A stretch of DNA of 62,506 nt, filler included, from an uncultured Chlamydiae bacterium (GCA_937899275.1; 2 parts of 2 records of this genome joined end to end with filler, not necessarily neighbours in it), one strand, 5' to 3'; positions 39,492-48,629 are shown, numbered from the whole stretch's first letter. Made by a program: numbers and translations. The notes: generated by a model not told the origin, from the letters alone.

Positions 39492-40760
39492 ATGTCATCA
39501 GTTACAAGAGAAGCATCTACTTCTTCAAATACGCATGGAGCTGTACTAACTCCACAAAGAGCGTCTTTTGTCTATCTGCAAGGAAAACGCTACCGCATGC
39601 AGGTTTTATGCCAAAAAAGCCCTCTTGCGCTGCCTGTCTCTTCTTGGAAAACGCTACAAGATATGGTACAAAACGAACCTTTATCCTCTACACCCCTGCC
39701 GAAAAAAATCACCCTAAACGTCGCCTCTCTTGGATCTGACCTTGGATCGAAGGTGCTATCTAAGGCTCAGGGGGAAAAAATCAAAGCATTTTTCCAAACA
39801 CTTGCACAAAATTCTGCTCAGATGATGAAGCCATTTTCTTTGCATTTAGACCAAACAGAAAGGCAGCCGCAAAATAAAAAAAGCAGCCATGTAGTTGGGA
39901 TAAAACGGGGTTTCGGAAACCAAACCTGTTGGGCAAATGCTTTATTGCAATCGGTGATTCTTCGCGACAAAGCCCTAGAAAAAAACATCCGAAAAAAACT
40001 GCAAGAATCTCCCGTTGGACCCTCTACGCAAAAACTCCAGGCGCTAGTTAGCATCTATGATCAATACCATAACGCTCATTCTAACCAGACACTTGACCTT
40101 GATCGTGAAATTCAGATCATCTTCCAAGATCTGCAATCGCAACAAGGAAATGTTTTAGGAAATCAGGATACCTCTGCTGAAATAGCCAGAAAGCTTCTGG
40201 ATTGGTTAGATGGTATTGGCTGCAATGTAGAGCACCTTAAGTTAAACTACACGGAGAAAAACCCCGGGCATTTGACGCGCAGGATCAATGGCCAAGAGAT
40301 CCCGGTATCTACGGTAGTCAATGGTAAGCGGGAGTATGTCCTCGCAGAAGGAGTGAGGAGCCAAAAATCCTCTACACTATTTTATCAGATCAGTACAGAA
40401 AATAGAGGCAAAGGCCCCGTTTCTATTAAAGATCGATGCAGTAAGTTAACAATCGAAAAAATACCAAAAGAGCGCTTTCATATTGAGCTCAATAGAATGC
40501 ATCAAAATCAGTTTTATAGCTTGGATCGAACCAATGACGTGATTGATTTGGAGACGATTAGCCTAGATGGAACGAATTTTTCTTTAGATGCGTTTGCTGT
40601 ACACCTAGGAAACTACGCCCACTACATAAGTTATGTAAAAGATGGCGACACTTGGATGCAAGTAAATGACAGCCAAATAAAAAGCGTCACAAAAGAAGAG
40701 GCACTACTAAGGGCGAGAAAAGCGACTAGCCTTTCTTACGTCCGATCTAGGAATTTGTAA
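39492..40760 (+). CDS. USP (peptidase C19)-like deubiquitinase, candidate secreted effector
   Basis: Cys box GIKRGFGNQTCWANALLQ; NQD motif; His box AVHLGNYAHYISYVKDGDTWMQVNDSQI. Confidence 0.8.
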   Translation: MSSVTREASTSSNTHGAVLTPQRASFVYLQGKRYRMQVLCQKSPLALPVSSWKTLQDMVQNEPLSSTPLPKKITLNVASLGSDLGSKVLSKAQGEKIKAFFQTLAQNSAQMMKPFSLHLDQTERQPQNKKSSHVVGIKRGFGNQTCWANALLQSVILRDKALEKNIRKKLQESPVGPSTQKLQALVSIYDQYHNAHSNQTLDLDREIQIIFQDLQSQQGNVLGNQDTSAEIARKLLDWLDGIGCNVEHLKLNYTEKNPGHLTRRINGQEIPVSTVVNGKREYVLAEGVRSQKSSTLFYQISTENRGKGPVSIKDRCSKLTIEKIPKERFHIELNRMHQNQFYSLDRTNDVIDLETISLDGTNFSLDAFAVHLGNYAHYISYVKDGDTWMQVNDSQIKSVTKEEALLRARKATSLSYVRSRNL

Positions 40761-40772
40761 TCTGACACCCAC

Positions 40773-40812
40773 CTAGGTATTCATCTAGGCATTCATCTAG
40801 GCATTCATCTAG
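40773..40812 (+). repeat. 12-bp tandem repeat (3.3 copies) between the DUB gene and tRNA-Cys
   Basis: ctaggtattcat ctaggcattcat ctaggcattcat ctag. Confidence 0.88.
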
Positions 40813-40829
40813 ATTCTACCGGGTAAAAA

Positions 40830-40900
40830 AGGTGGCACTCAGATTCGAACTGAGGATAGAGGCTTTGCAGGCCTCGGCCTTACCACTTGGCTATGCCACC
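40830..40900 (-). tRNA. tRNA-Cys(GCA)
   Basis: Reverse complement GGTGGCATAGCCAAGTGGTAAGGCC-GAGGC-CTGCAAA-GCCTC...AGTTCGAATCT-GAGTGCCACC-T. Confidence 0.95.
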
Positions 40901-40977
40901 AAAAGAGCTTTTATTATCTAGAAAGCCCGCTATTTTTTCCATGGATTTTATCAAAACGCTCGATTTACAATAGAATC

Positions 40978-41766
40978 ATGTTACTGATAGCAAGCGCTTT
41001 TTTGAAAGAAGCTGCCCCTTTCATCCACCACCTTTGCCTAAAAAAAGAAGAGCCCCAAAGCTCCCTATGCCCAGAAAAACCGGTCTATACAAATGAGAAG
41101 ATCACGTTGATCATCACAGGTATGGGAAAAAAAGCTATGGAAAAAGCGTTGATCTCTTCCATGGAAAAACGCGCTTTTTCCTTTTATCTCAATATCGGCT
41201 ATGCAGGCCACCCATTGCACCTACCAGGAAAAGCGTTTTTTGCACAAAAAATCTCGCAGGAAAATGCCTCTTCTTTTTACCCCCATATTTTTCCCTTCAT
41301 GCAGCGCCTATCTTCAAGCGATCTGATTAGTGTAGACAAGATGGAAAAAAAATTTTCCAAGGACGCTTTATACGATATGGAAGGCTACGCTTTTTTTTCC
41401 ACACTCATCGAAAAGCGCATTCCTCTTGAAGCCATCGCCTCTTTTAAGGTGGTATCTGACGGTCCAAACCACCCGTTTCAAAAGACTTCTTTATGGATGG
41501 AAAAAGCAGCTTCTGAGCTGATCCCTTTAGTTGAACGGCTAGCTGAAAAGACGCAACGTATTGGAGACGCCCCGGATTTTCTTATCTATCTTCCAAAGAG
41601 CCTCCATTTTACCACCTACCAAAAAGAGAGGGCAAAAAAGCTTTTTCATTTGGCCCAAAGTCTTGGTGAAGAAAAGGTATTTACAAAGGTCACCAAAACA
41701 AATGCCCAAGCATTTTTAGAAACAGTAGAACACATGATAGAACAAAAAGCCCTAGATTATGCGTAA
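40978..41766 (+). CDS. Nucleoside phosphorylase/nucleosidase-fold protein
   Basis: ITGMGK, LNIGYAG, YDMEGYAF, FKVVSD motifs of the PNP/MTAN superfamily. Confidence 0.75.
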   Translation: MLLIASAFLKEAAPFIHHLCLKKEEPQSSLCPEKPVYTNEKITLIITGMGKKAMEKALISSMEKRAFSFYLNIGYAGHPLHLPGKAFFAQKISQENASSFYPHIFPFMQRLSSSDLISVDKMEKKFSKDALYDMEGYAFFSTLIEKRIPLEAIASFKVVSDGPNHPFQKTSLWMEKAASELIPLVERLAEKTQRIGDAPDFLIYLPKSLHFTTYQKERAKKLFHLAQSLGEEKVFTKVTKTNAQAFLETVEHMIEQKALDYA

Positions 41767-42730
41767 AACAATCTACATAGAAAAAGATCTTCTCGATGAT
41801 CCTATACTTGCTGCTAGGGTCGATAAATGCCTCTTTTCTTTTCGAGATCCTAGAGTCATTTACTGCGATAGTTACCAAGAGATTTTTAGCCGAAAACAGC
41901 AAAATTTTCGTCTACAAAAACAAAACCCCGCTCTGATTTTAGCAAAAAAACGGAAAGAGTTCCTCCACGCTATTCCAGAAAAATTTGGTATCGGCAGCAA
42001 AAACAGCTACTATTTTTCCCATCTATTCAATTGCCCTTTCGACTGCTCTTACTGCTTTTTACAAGGGATGTATTCATCTGCGCATTTTGTCTGGTTCATC
42101 AACTATGAAGATTTTCAAAACGCAATTGATCAAAAAGGAGAAGGGCATTTTTTTTCTGGTTATGATGGCGACAGCTTAGCTTTGGAGAAAACGACAGGGT
42201 TTTTACACCACTTTCTCCCCTTTTTTGCAAAAAGACCCCAGTCTCTTCTAGAGGTAAGAACAAAAAGCGCGTATATTAAGCCGTTTCTTTGTACAGATCC
42301 TATCGCTAACTGCGTTATTGCCTGGAGCCTTAACCCTGAAAATATCATCAGGCTGTTAGAAAAAAAAACCGCTTCTTTAGAGAAAAGGTTGCAAGCAATG
42401 GAAAAAGTAGCAGAAAAAGGTTGGAAAATTGGCCTGCGTTTTGATCCGCTGATGTATCAAAAAGATTTTCTTCCCCATCTCGATCAACTATTTCAAGAGG
42501 TATTTACCCGGGTTCAAGAACGTTCTATCCACTCGGTTACCTTAGGCAGCTTCCGCGTTCCTAAATCGTATCTGAAGCTGCTGAAAAAAAATACGCAAGA
42601 TCCCCGCATTTTTGCTGGCACCCACCTTGAAGGAAACACCTTAAAAAGCCTTTGGGAAAACGAGTGCATCAAAAAAGCCCAAGAGCGGTTAGAAAACTAC
42701 ATTCCTAAAGAAAAGCTGTTTGTCATATGA
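41759..42730 (+). CDS. Spore photoproduct lyase (SplB)-like radical SAM protein
   Basis: NCPFDCSYCFLQ (CxxxCxxC), EVRTKS, AWSLNP, E..TASLEKRL, GLRFDP. Confidence 0.85.
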   Translation: MRKTIYIEKDLLDDPILAARVDKCLFSFRDPRVIYCDSYQEIFSRKQQNFRLQKQNPALILAKKRKEFLHAIPEKFGIGSKNSYYFSHLFNCPFDCSYCFLQGMYSSAHFVWFINYEDFQNAIDQKGEGHFFSGYDGDSLALEKTTGFLHHFLPFFAKRPQSLLEVRTKSAYIKPFLCTDPIANCVIAWSLNPENIIRLLEKKTASLEKRLQAMEKVAEKGWKIGLRFDPLMYQKDFLPHLDQLFQEVFTRVQERSIHSVTLGSFRVPKSYLKLLKKNTQDPRIFAGTHLEGNTLKSLWENECIKKAQERLENYIPKEKLFVI

Positions 42731-43422
42731 AAACGGTATTAATCACAGGCGGAAGTAGAGGAATTGGCTCCGCTACTATGCAAAAGCTGGTAGATACCCA
42801 TAAAATCCTTGTTGTGAGTAGAACTCCGCCCTCTTTTCAGCATCCCCACCTCACATTTTTCCCTTGTGATCTTGCAAGTAGAAAAGATACGGAGCGCCTA
42901 GTAAAGCAGCTAGAGCCGAAACAAATCGATGCAGCAATCTATTCCGCAGGAATTGGTATATTTCAGTGTTTAGAATCCATCCATACAGACGATGTATACC
43001 GCGCTTTTCACATCAATTTTTTCAGCGCAGCTCTGATCACAAAACGGCTTTTACCCGTTTGGAAAACAAGAAAACAAGGGCATTTCCTCTACTTAGGATC
43101 TGTTGCGGGGACAAAATATACTAAGCAAAACACACTATACGGCTCTTCTAAAGCAGCTTTGCAAGCATTTACCAGGTCGCTTAGAGAAGAGTGTAGAACA
43201 GCTAACGTGCAGATCTCTTTTGTAGAGCTTGGTATGTGCCGCACCTCTTTTTACGATCCTTTAGAATTTTGCCCCAAAAAAGAGCCTTTGTATGCGCTAG
43301 ATCCAAAAGATGTAGCAGATTTTTTATATAGCTCTTTTTTCACCTTTCCCCTTCTTGGCGTAGAAGAAATTACCTTACAGCCGCAAAAGCATGGTATTGA
43401 AAAAAAACGCCCGTTTTCATAG
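42727..43422 (+). CDS. Short-chain dehydrogenase/reductase
   Basis: TGGSRGIG, GSVAG, YGSSK. Confidence 0.92.
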   Translation: MKTVLITGGSRGIGSATMQKLVDTHKILVVSRTPPSFQHPHLTFFPCDLASRKDTERLVKQLEPKQIDAAIYSAGIGIFQCLESIHTDDVYRAFHINFFSAALITKRLLPVWKTRKQGHFLYLGSVAGTKYTKQNTLYGSSKAALQAFTRSLREECRTANVQISFVELGMCRTSFYDPLEFCPKKEPLYALDPKDVADFLYSSFFTFPLLGVEEITLQPQKHGIEKKRPFS

Positions 43423-43432
43423 CTTCACGATT

Positions 43433-44188
43433 ATGAGGACACTTATACTATGTTTAGGGCATAAAAGCTGCGCAGCAGCATTTTTTGAAGACCACTGTAT
43501 AGTGGAGGTGCATACGGTCAAAACATCTCCTTTTCCTGCACAAAAAATTGAGGAATGGATCAAACAGCCCCTATCTTCTGTACTGGTTAGCGCTGAGGTA
43601 AAAGAAGAAGAGCTTTTAACCGCTGCCATTTTGAAAAAAGCAGGCATCAATTTTCAAATTGTGAAACCTGAAAAACGCTCGCTTCGCATCGATCCGTATG
43701 CTCCTGTAGATCTTGGTAACGCTAGACTTGCTGCTATGTACGGCGCTTTATATAACCATCCGGGTAAAGACTGCATCATCATTACCATCGATAGGGTCGT
43801 GAGTATCGACTGCATTACAAAAGACCGTTATTTTTTAGGCGGCGCGCTTCTACCCGATATTGAGCTGCAACGATACGCTTTATCGGAAAACATCGCCAAC
43901 ATGCCATTAGTAGAAAGCATCAAACCATCTTCTTACCTCGGGCAGTCGAAACAAAAAAGTGTGCAATCAGGGCTTTATTACGGCTTTTTAGGGAGCCTAG
44001 AAAAAATGATTTCTCTCTATAAAAAAGGGCATGTGGATTTAGAAGCGATTGTGATTGCAACGGGATGTTTTTTTGAAAAGATGGCAGGTAGTCATGATTT
44101 AGCAAAAGACATTGAAAAAATCGTAGATTACTTTGAGCCTGATCTCATATATCTCGGTTTAGAACAAATGCGAATTGAAAAACTGTAA
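43433..44188 (+). CDS. coaX: Type III pantothenate kinase-like protein (degenerate motifs)
   Basis: FLGGALLP, YLGQSKQKSVQSGLYYG, VIATG, EPDLIYLGL; ATG at 43433. Confidence 0.7.
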   Translation: MRTLILCLGHKSCAAAFFEDHCIVEVHTVKTSPFPAQKIEEWIKQPLSSVLVSAEVKEEELLTAAILKKAGINFQIVKPEKRSLRIDPYAPVDLGNARLAAMYGALYNHPGKDCIIITIDRVVSIDCITKDRYFLGGALLPDIELQRYALSENIANMPLVESIKPSSYLGQSKQKSVQSGLYYGFLGSLEKMISLYKKGHVDLEAIVIATGCFFEKMAGSHDLAKDIEKIVDYFEPDLIYLGLEQMRIEKL

Positions 44189-44194
44189 GTCTTC

Positions 44195-45472
44195 ATGAAA
44201 AAACCATCCACGATATTTCAGTCTCATCTACAGCAAAGCCTTGTACAGGGAATGCTTTTATTCGTAGACCTTGCAGAAAGTAGCGGCAAAAACCGCACCT
44301 CTTTATCTACCTTTAGACCGCCTGTTTCTAAGCCTACCCAGCAAGGGTTTTTATTTGCACAAACAATGGCTAAAAGCGCATTTCGCTCTATAGGCATACT
44401 ACCAAAAAAAGAAGCCTTGTTATCGATTAAAATCAGCGCTTATATGATTCAGCAGGTGAGCGCAAGAAAAAAACTATTTGAAAAAAAAAGAGGGATAGAT
44501 CCCTTGCACTTTTTAAGACAAGGGTATGAAGCCGTCATCGAGTTTGCCGAAAAAGAAGCGGCTTTATGGCAAACGCTCCCTACAAAAAATCCGATACACC
44601 TTATCTTAAAAAGATACCTTCCCTATCTACGTGTTCCCGCTATAGAAAATGTACCTGTCGATGCGCGCTCTTTACTCGTATCTTTCCCTGCTCTTTCGCT
44701 AAAGATCACCCGAAGCGCTTTGATCGAAGGAGATCTCGTTACCCCCTCATTTATACAGGGAAAACGTACCAGCGCTATGTATCTAAAAGATCTATTCATC
44801 TATTTACCCCAAGAAAAAAACCAGCGCCTGCAGATGCAAGATATCCTAATCGCAAAAAAAAGACGAAGATCTTCTGCCCACCCCATCGTGTTTTTAGCAG
44901 ATGAGGTAGATGAATCTGTCCTTGCAGCGCTATTTTCACAAAATGCATTTTTTTTAGATGCCATCTACCTTTTGCGCGTAAAACAATCGAATCGTCCACA
45001 ACTTCTAGAAAAATTGCAGCTACAGAAAAAAAATGGATTTTATGAAGGCTTTTTAGATGAGCTCTATCTACAAAGCGGCTACGCTTCTTTATGCCAAGAA
45101 AATAACGCTTCACTAGAAAAATTTGCCGCTCTATCTATTCCACAAATCCCATCAAACAAGGTAAAAGAGATCAACCGCCTGATTTTTTCTGCTGAAAAAA
45201 CAGGAGCTATTGCCTTAACGTCTACTGGTACTTTTGCAAAAGATCAGACCATTCGATTTCCTTCTCCAGAGTCTTGCAGCTTATGGCAAGGGATTTTCTC
45301 TTCTTTAGGCAAAAGAAGAGTCAGCTACGTGCACCTTCCCCATAAGCTTCCTTCCTACATCACTGCTTGTGATGAAGATCTATCTCCTTTAGAGCATGTG
45401 AAAACTCTTTACAACGCGGCTTTAAAGGCAAGCAAACAAGTCCTTTCTCTAGACGCTTTGATCAGCGTGTAA
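44195..45472 (+). CDS. Highly diverged GroEL/Cpn60-like protein
   Basis: Collinear weak matches to GroEL: GIDPLHFLRQG, GDLVTPSFI, PIVFLADEVDESVLAAL, LSPLEHVKTLYNAALKASKQVLSLDALI. Confidence 0.55.
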   Translation: MKKPSTIFQSHLQQSLVQGMLLFVDLAESSGKNRTSLSTFRPPVSKPTQQGFLFAQTMAKSAFRSIGILPKKEALLSIKISAYMIQQVSARKKLFEKKRGIDPLHFLRQGYEAVIEFAEKEAALWQTLPTKNPIHLILKRYLPYLRVPAIENVPVDARSLLVSFPALSLKITRSALIEGDLVTPSFIQGKRTSAMYLKDLFIYLPQEKNQRLQMQDILIAKKRRRSSAHPIVFLADEVDESVLAALFSQNAFFLDAIYLLRVKQSNRPQLLEKLQLQKKNGFYEGFLDELYLQSGYASLCQENNASLEKFAALSIPQIPSNKVKEINRLIFSAEKTGAIALTSTGTFAKDQTIRFPSPESCSLWQGIFSSLGKRRVSYVHLPHKLPSYITACDEDLSPLEHVKTLYNAALKASKQVLSLDALISV

Positions 45473-45534
45473 ACTTCTCCTTGACAAGTGGAGTACATCT
45501 TATCTATTGATAAAGACAAAGGGAGTCTTGTTTG

Positions 45535-47652
45535 ATGGGAGCGTTCTTCCGTCTTTTCATTGTTTGTAGTTTAGGGGGAACTCTTTTGGCGCATACAGAA
45601 TTAGATTGGCTAGAAAACCAATCGATGCTGCATCAAGCAACCACAATCAGCAAAGAATTTTCCGCTAAGAAACTGCAGTGGAGATCATCGTATTCTGCGC
45701 CCAAACCTCTAGAGGTAATTGACCGCGCAGAAAATTGGTTTACCTCATACGCATCATCATTGATCACACCAGATAATGAGCCTGTCCTCCGTTTTTTAAG
45801 CAGCGCTTCGCTTTGGGATGCTTTCCAAGATATAGGGATCAATGCGCTACATACCGGTCCCATGCAAATTGCAGGCGCTTTACAAGACCGCTGCCGCACT
45901 GCATCTATCGATGGAGGATTTGACCGGATCAGCTTACATCTCGACCCCCATTACGGCAGCTATAGCGATTATACACGTATGGTGCAAAAAGCAGAAAAAT
46001 CAGGTGGGATCATTATTGGAGATTTGGTGCCTGCTCATAGCGGACTTGGCGCCGATTTTCTTCTTGCTCTGCAAAATTATAAAACCTATCCAGGTATCTA
46101 CCACATGGTGGAAATCCCTCGAAAAGATTGGCATCTTTTACCCAAAGTCTCCTCGGGATTAAGCGTCAATTTACACCCTAGACAAGTCGAAGGATTAAAG
46201 AAAAAAGGCTATATCGTCGGTCGATTAGAAAGCTCCATTTTTTTTCAAAAAGGAGAGAAAAGATCCAATTGGTCGACGACAAAAAAAATCGTCGGCGTCG
46301 ATGGCATCGAGCGCCGCTGGGTTTATTTGCACTATTTTAAATCGGGGCAGCCTTCATACAACTGGCTAGACCCTTCATTTTCTGCGCAAAAAATTGTCAG
46401 CGGCGACGCTCTTTTTTCCCTTTTTATCTTAAAAAACCAGGTGTTAAGGCTCGATGCCAACTCTTTTCTAGGGGTAGAGAGTGTCGAGCACACAAAAAAA
46501 GCCTGGTCAGAAGCGCACCCTGTAGCGCTGGATGCTACCAACACTTTAGCTATGTTGATTCGTAAATTTGGGGGATTTTCCTTTCAAGAGCTCAATTTAG
46601 GCCCAAAAGCAATCCGAGATTTTAGCCGTATGGGAGCCGATTTGTCCTATGACTTTTTGACAAGAGCAGCCTACATCAACGCCCTTTTACACCAAAATAC
46701 CGATCTTTTAAAAATTAGCTACGATCTACTGAAAAACTACGCAATCGATCCAAAAATCTTGATCCATGCTATGCAAAACCACGATGAGTTCAACTACGAG
46801 CTCAAACACCTTAAAGAAGAAGCATCTACAGAATTTCTCTATCATCAAGCGACAATACAAGGAAGTGATCTAAGAAAAAAAATCCAACAAGAAGATAGCG
46901 CACTTACAGCGAAAAATGTCCCCTACAACCAGTTTTCTGGTGAAGGGTTATGCACAACTACGGTAGGCGTTTGCGCCTCTTCTTTAAAAATCCCAGATAT
47001 TTACTCGATGACAGAAGAAGAAAAAGAAAAAGTGAAAAAAGCGCTCCTTCTTCTCACATTTTTCAACGCTATGCAGCCAGGGATATTCGCTATTTCTCCT
47101 TGGGATCTTGTCGGAGCTCTCCCTCTATCGAAAAAAACGCTACAATCTACAGATAGTATCGATAACGATCCCCGCTGGATTTTACGAGGTGCAGTTGACC
47201 TTTTACACTGCTCTGGAAAGTCTAGCTCTTCTGCAGGCGTCCCTAAGGCAGATACCCTTTACGGACCGATCTCTTTACAAAAAAAAGATCCCACATCATT
47301 TGTCTGTCAACTAAAAGCGATCCTACTTGCAAGGAAAACCTCGCAGATTGCAAAAGCCACATGGCTGGGGTATATGCCCACAAAAAACCCCGCTCTTTTT
47401 GTTTTAATCCATAGGCTTCCTGCAACAAAATCCCTACAAATCAGTGCGATGAACTTCAGCGAAACGCCTTTAGAAGAGACCATTTGCCTGCCAGAAATCG
47501 CATCTACATCTGCAATCAATCAGATCACAAGAAAAGGGGAAAATAAAGACTTTGGATCAGATGCATTTCAGCTACATCTAGATGCTTTAGAAGCCAAAGC
47601 CGTTGTTTTTCAGAAAAGCCCCATCCCCCTTGAAAAAAATTCCCCTATGTAA
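45535..47652 (+). CDS. treS: Trehalose synthase (maltose alpha-D-glucosyltransferase, Pseudomonas-type GH13) with a signal-peptide-like N-terminus
   Basis: WLENQSML, GDLVPAHSGLGADF, RRWVYLHYFKSGQP, LRLDAN, FQELN, QNHDE. Confidence 0.85.
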   Translation: MGAFFRLFIVCSLGGTLLAHTELDWLENQSMLHQATTISKEFSAKKLQWRSSYSAPKPLEVIDRAENWFTSYASSLITPDNEPVLRFLSSASLWDAFQDIGINALHTGPMQIAGALQDRCRTASIDGGFDRISLHLDPHYGSYSDYTRMVQKAEKSGGIIIGDLVPAHSGLGADFLLALQNYKTYPGIYHMVEIPRKDWHLLPKVSSGLSVNLHPRQVEGLKKKGYIVGRLESSIFFQKGEKRSNWSTTKKIVGVDGIERRWVYLHYFKSGQPSYNWLDPSFSAQKIVSGDALFSLFILKNQVLRLDANSFLGVESVEHTKKAWSEAHPVALDATNTLAMLIRKFGGFSFQELNLGPKAIRDFSRMGADLSYDFLTRAAYINALLHQNTDLLKISYDLLKNYAIDPKILIHAMQNHDEFNYELKHLKEEASTEFLYHQATIQGSDLRKKIQQEDSALTAKNVPYNQFSGEGLCTTTVGVCASSLKIPDIYSMTEEEKEKVKKALLLLTFFNAMQPGIFAISPWDLVGALPLSKKTLQSTDSIDNDPRWILRGAVDLLHCSGKSSSSAGVPKADTLYGPISLQKKDPTSFVCQLKAILLARKTSQIAKATWLGYMPTKNPALFVLIHRLPATKSLQISAMNFSETPLEETICLPEIASTSAINQITRKGENKDFGSDAFQLHLDALEAKAVVFQKSPIPLEKNSPM

Positions 47653-47664
47653 AAAAATGCTCCT

Positions 47665-48603
47665 ATGAGCGCAGCCGTAGTTACAGCAAAAGGTATGGGC
47701 GACGGCTTGATCATGCTTGTTGCAGCAAATGCTTGGAAAAACCAAGGCTATCAAGTCCATCTATACAACGATCATCTCCCCTCACTTGAGCGGCACTTGC
47801 CGGGCTATACGCTCCATAAAAAACCTTCGATAAGCGCTTTAATCAAAGAGCTTTTATCTATGGACCTTATCTTCTTACAGTTCGATAAATCTCCATTAGC
47901 AGAAGCTGTGCGCGATTTAAGAAGGCGCGGCAAGCGGGTGATCTGCGTTTATAGTAGGCCGGTTCATGCCGTCCATCAAGACGATCTTATCCTCAATCAC
48001 AATCAACCTGCTGTCGATAGCTTGCAAGAAGCTCTATCTGTTTTCTTACAAAAAAAGATCAGTAAAGACACCGGCATCGTCCTGCCTTCGCCCAAAAAAG
48101 ATCCCGATTGCCCTAAAGTACTGCTCCATCCCTTAAGCTCCGAGGCGGGTAAAAACTGGAGAAAATCCCGATTTATTGCCCTAGCAAAAAAACTGCAAAA
48201 AGCGGGCTATACGCCTATATTTTGCCTTTCCCCTGAGGAAAAAACCACTTTTTTTGCAGACATACCTCTCGATATCAAGCGGCGTTTTTATTTTCCAGAT
48301 ACCCACAGTTTATCTGACCTTGTGAGCGTATTTTCCAAAGGGTCTTATTTTATCGGTAATGATTCTGGTCCAGCGCACTTAGCTTCTTTGATGGGCATCT
48401 GCTCTTTTGTGCTATCGGGGAAAAAAATTATCCAACATTGGCAGCCTGGGTGGAGAAAAGCAGAAATCATCAAGCCCGCTTGGTGGATCCCGAACTGGAA
48501 AAGCCCTATGCGTTTTCGAGAGGACTATTGGGCTTATTGGATCTCTAGCTCCAAGGTAATGAGAAAATTCCAATCTGCTGTTGCAGCGGAAAAAAGCTCT
48601 TGA
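47665..48603 (+). CDS. Glycosyltransferase family 9 (heptosyltransferase-like)
   Basis: GMGDGL, LHP...KNW, FIGNDSGPAHLA. Confidence 0.9.
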   Translation: MSAAVVTAKGMGDGLIMLVAANAWKNQGYQVHLYNDHLPSLERHLPGYTLHKKPSISALIKELLSMDLIFLQFDKSPLAEAVRDLRRRGKRVICVYSRPVHAVHQDDLILNHNQPAVDSLQEALSVFLQKKISKDTGIVLPSPKKDPDCPKVLLHPLSSEAGKNWRKSRFIALAKKLQKAGYTPIFCLSPEEKTTFFADIPLDIKRRFYFPDTHSLSDLVSVFSKGSYFIGNDSGPAHLASLMGICSFVLSGKKIIQHWQPGWRKAEIIKPAWWIPNWKSPMRFREDYWAYWISSSKVMRKFQSAVAAEKSS

Positions 48604-48629
48604 TACAGTAGATAAAAAGGGGGAACGTC

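Noticed and set aside
39385..40812. Short repeats as a possible CRISPR array
   Set aside because: Units are 12-14 bp, head-to-tail with no spacers, and no cas genes are present.
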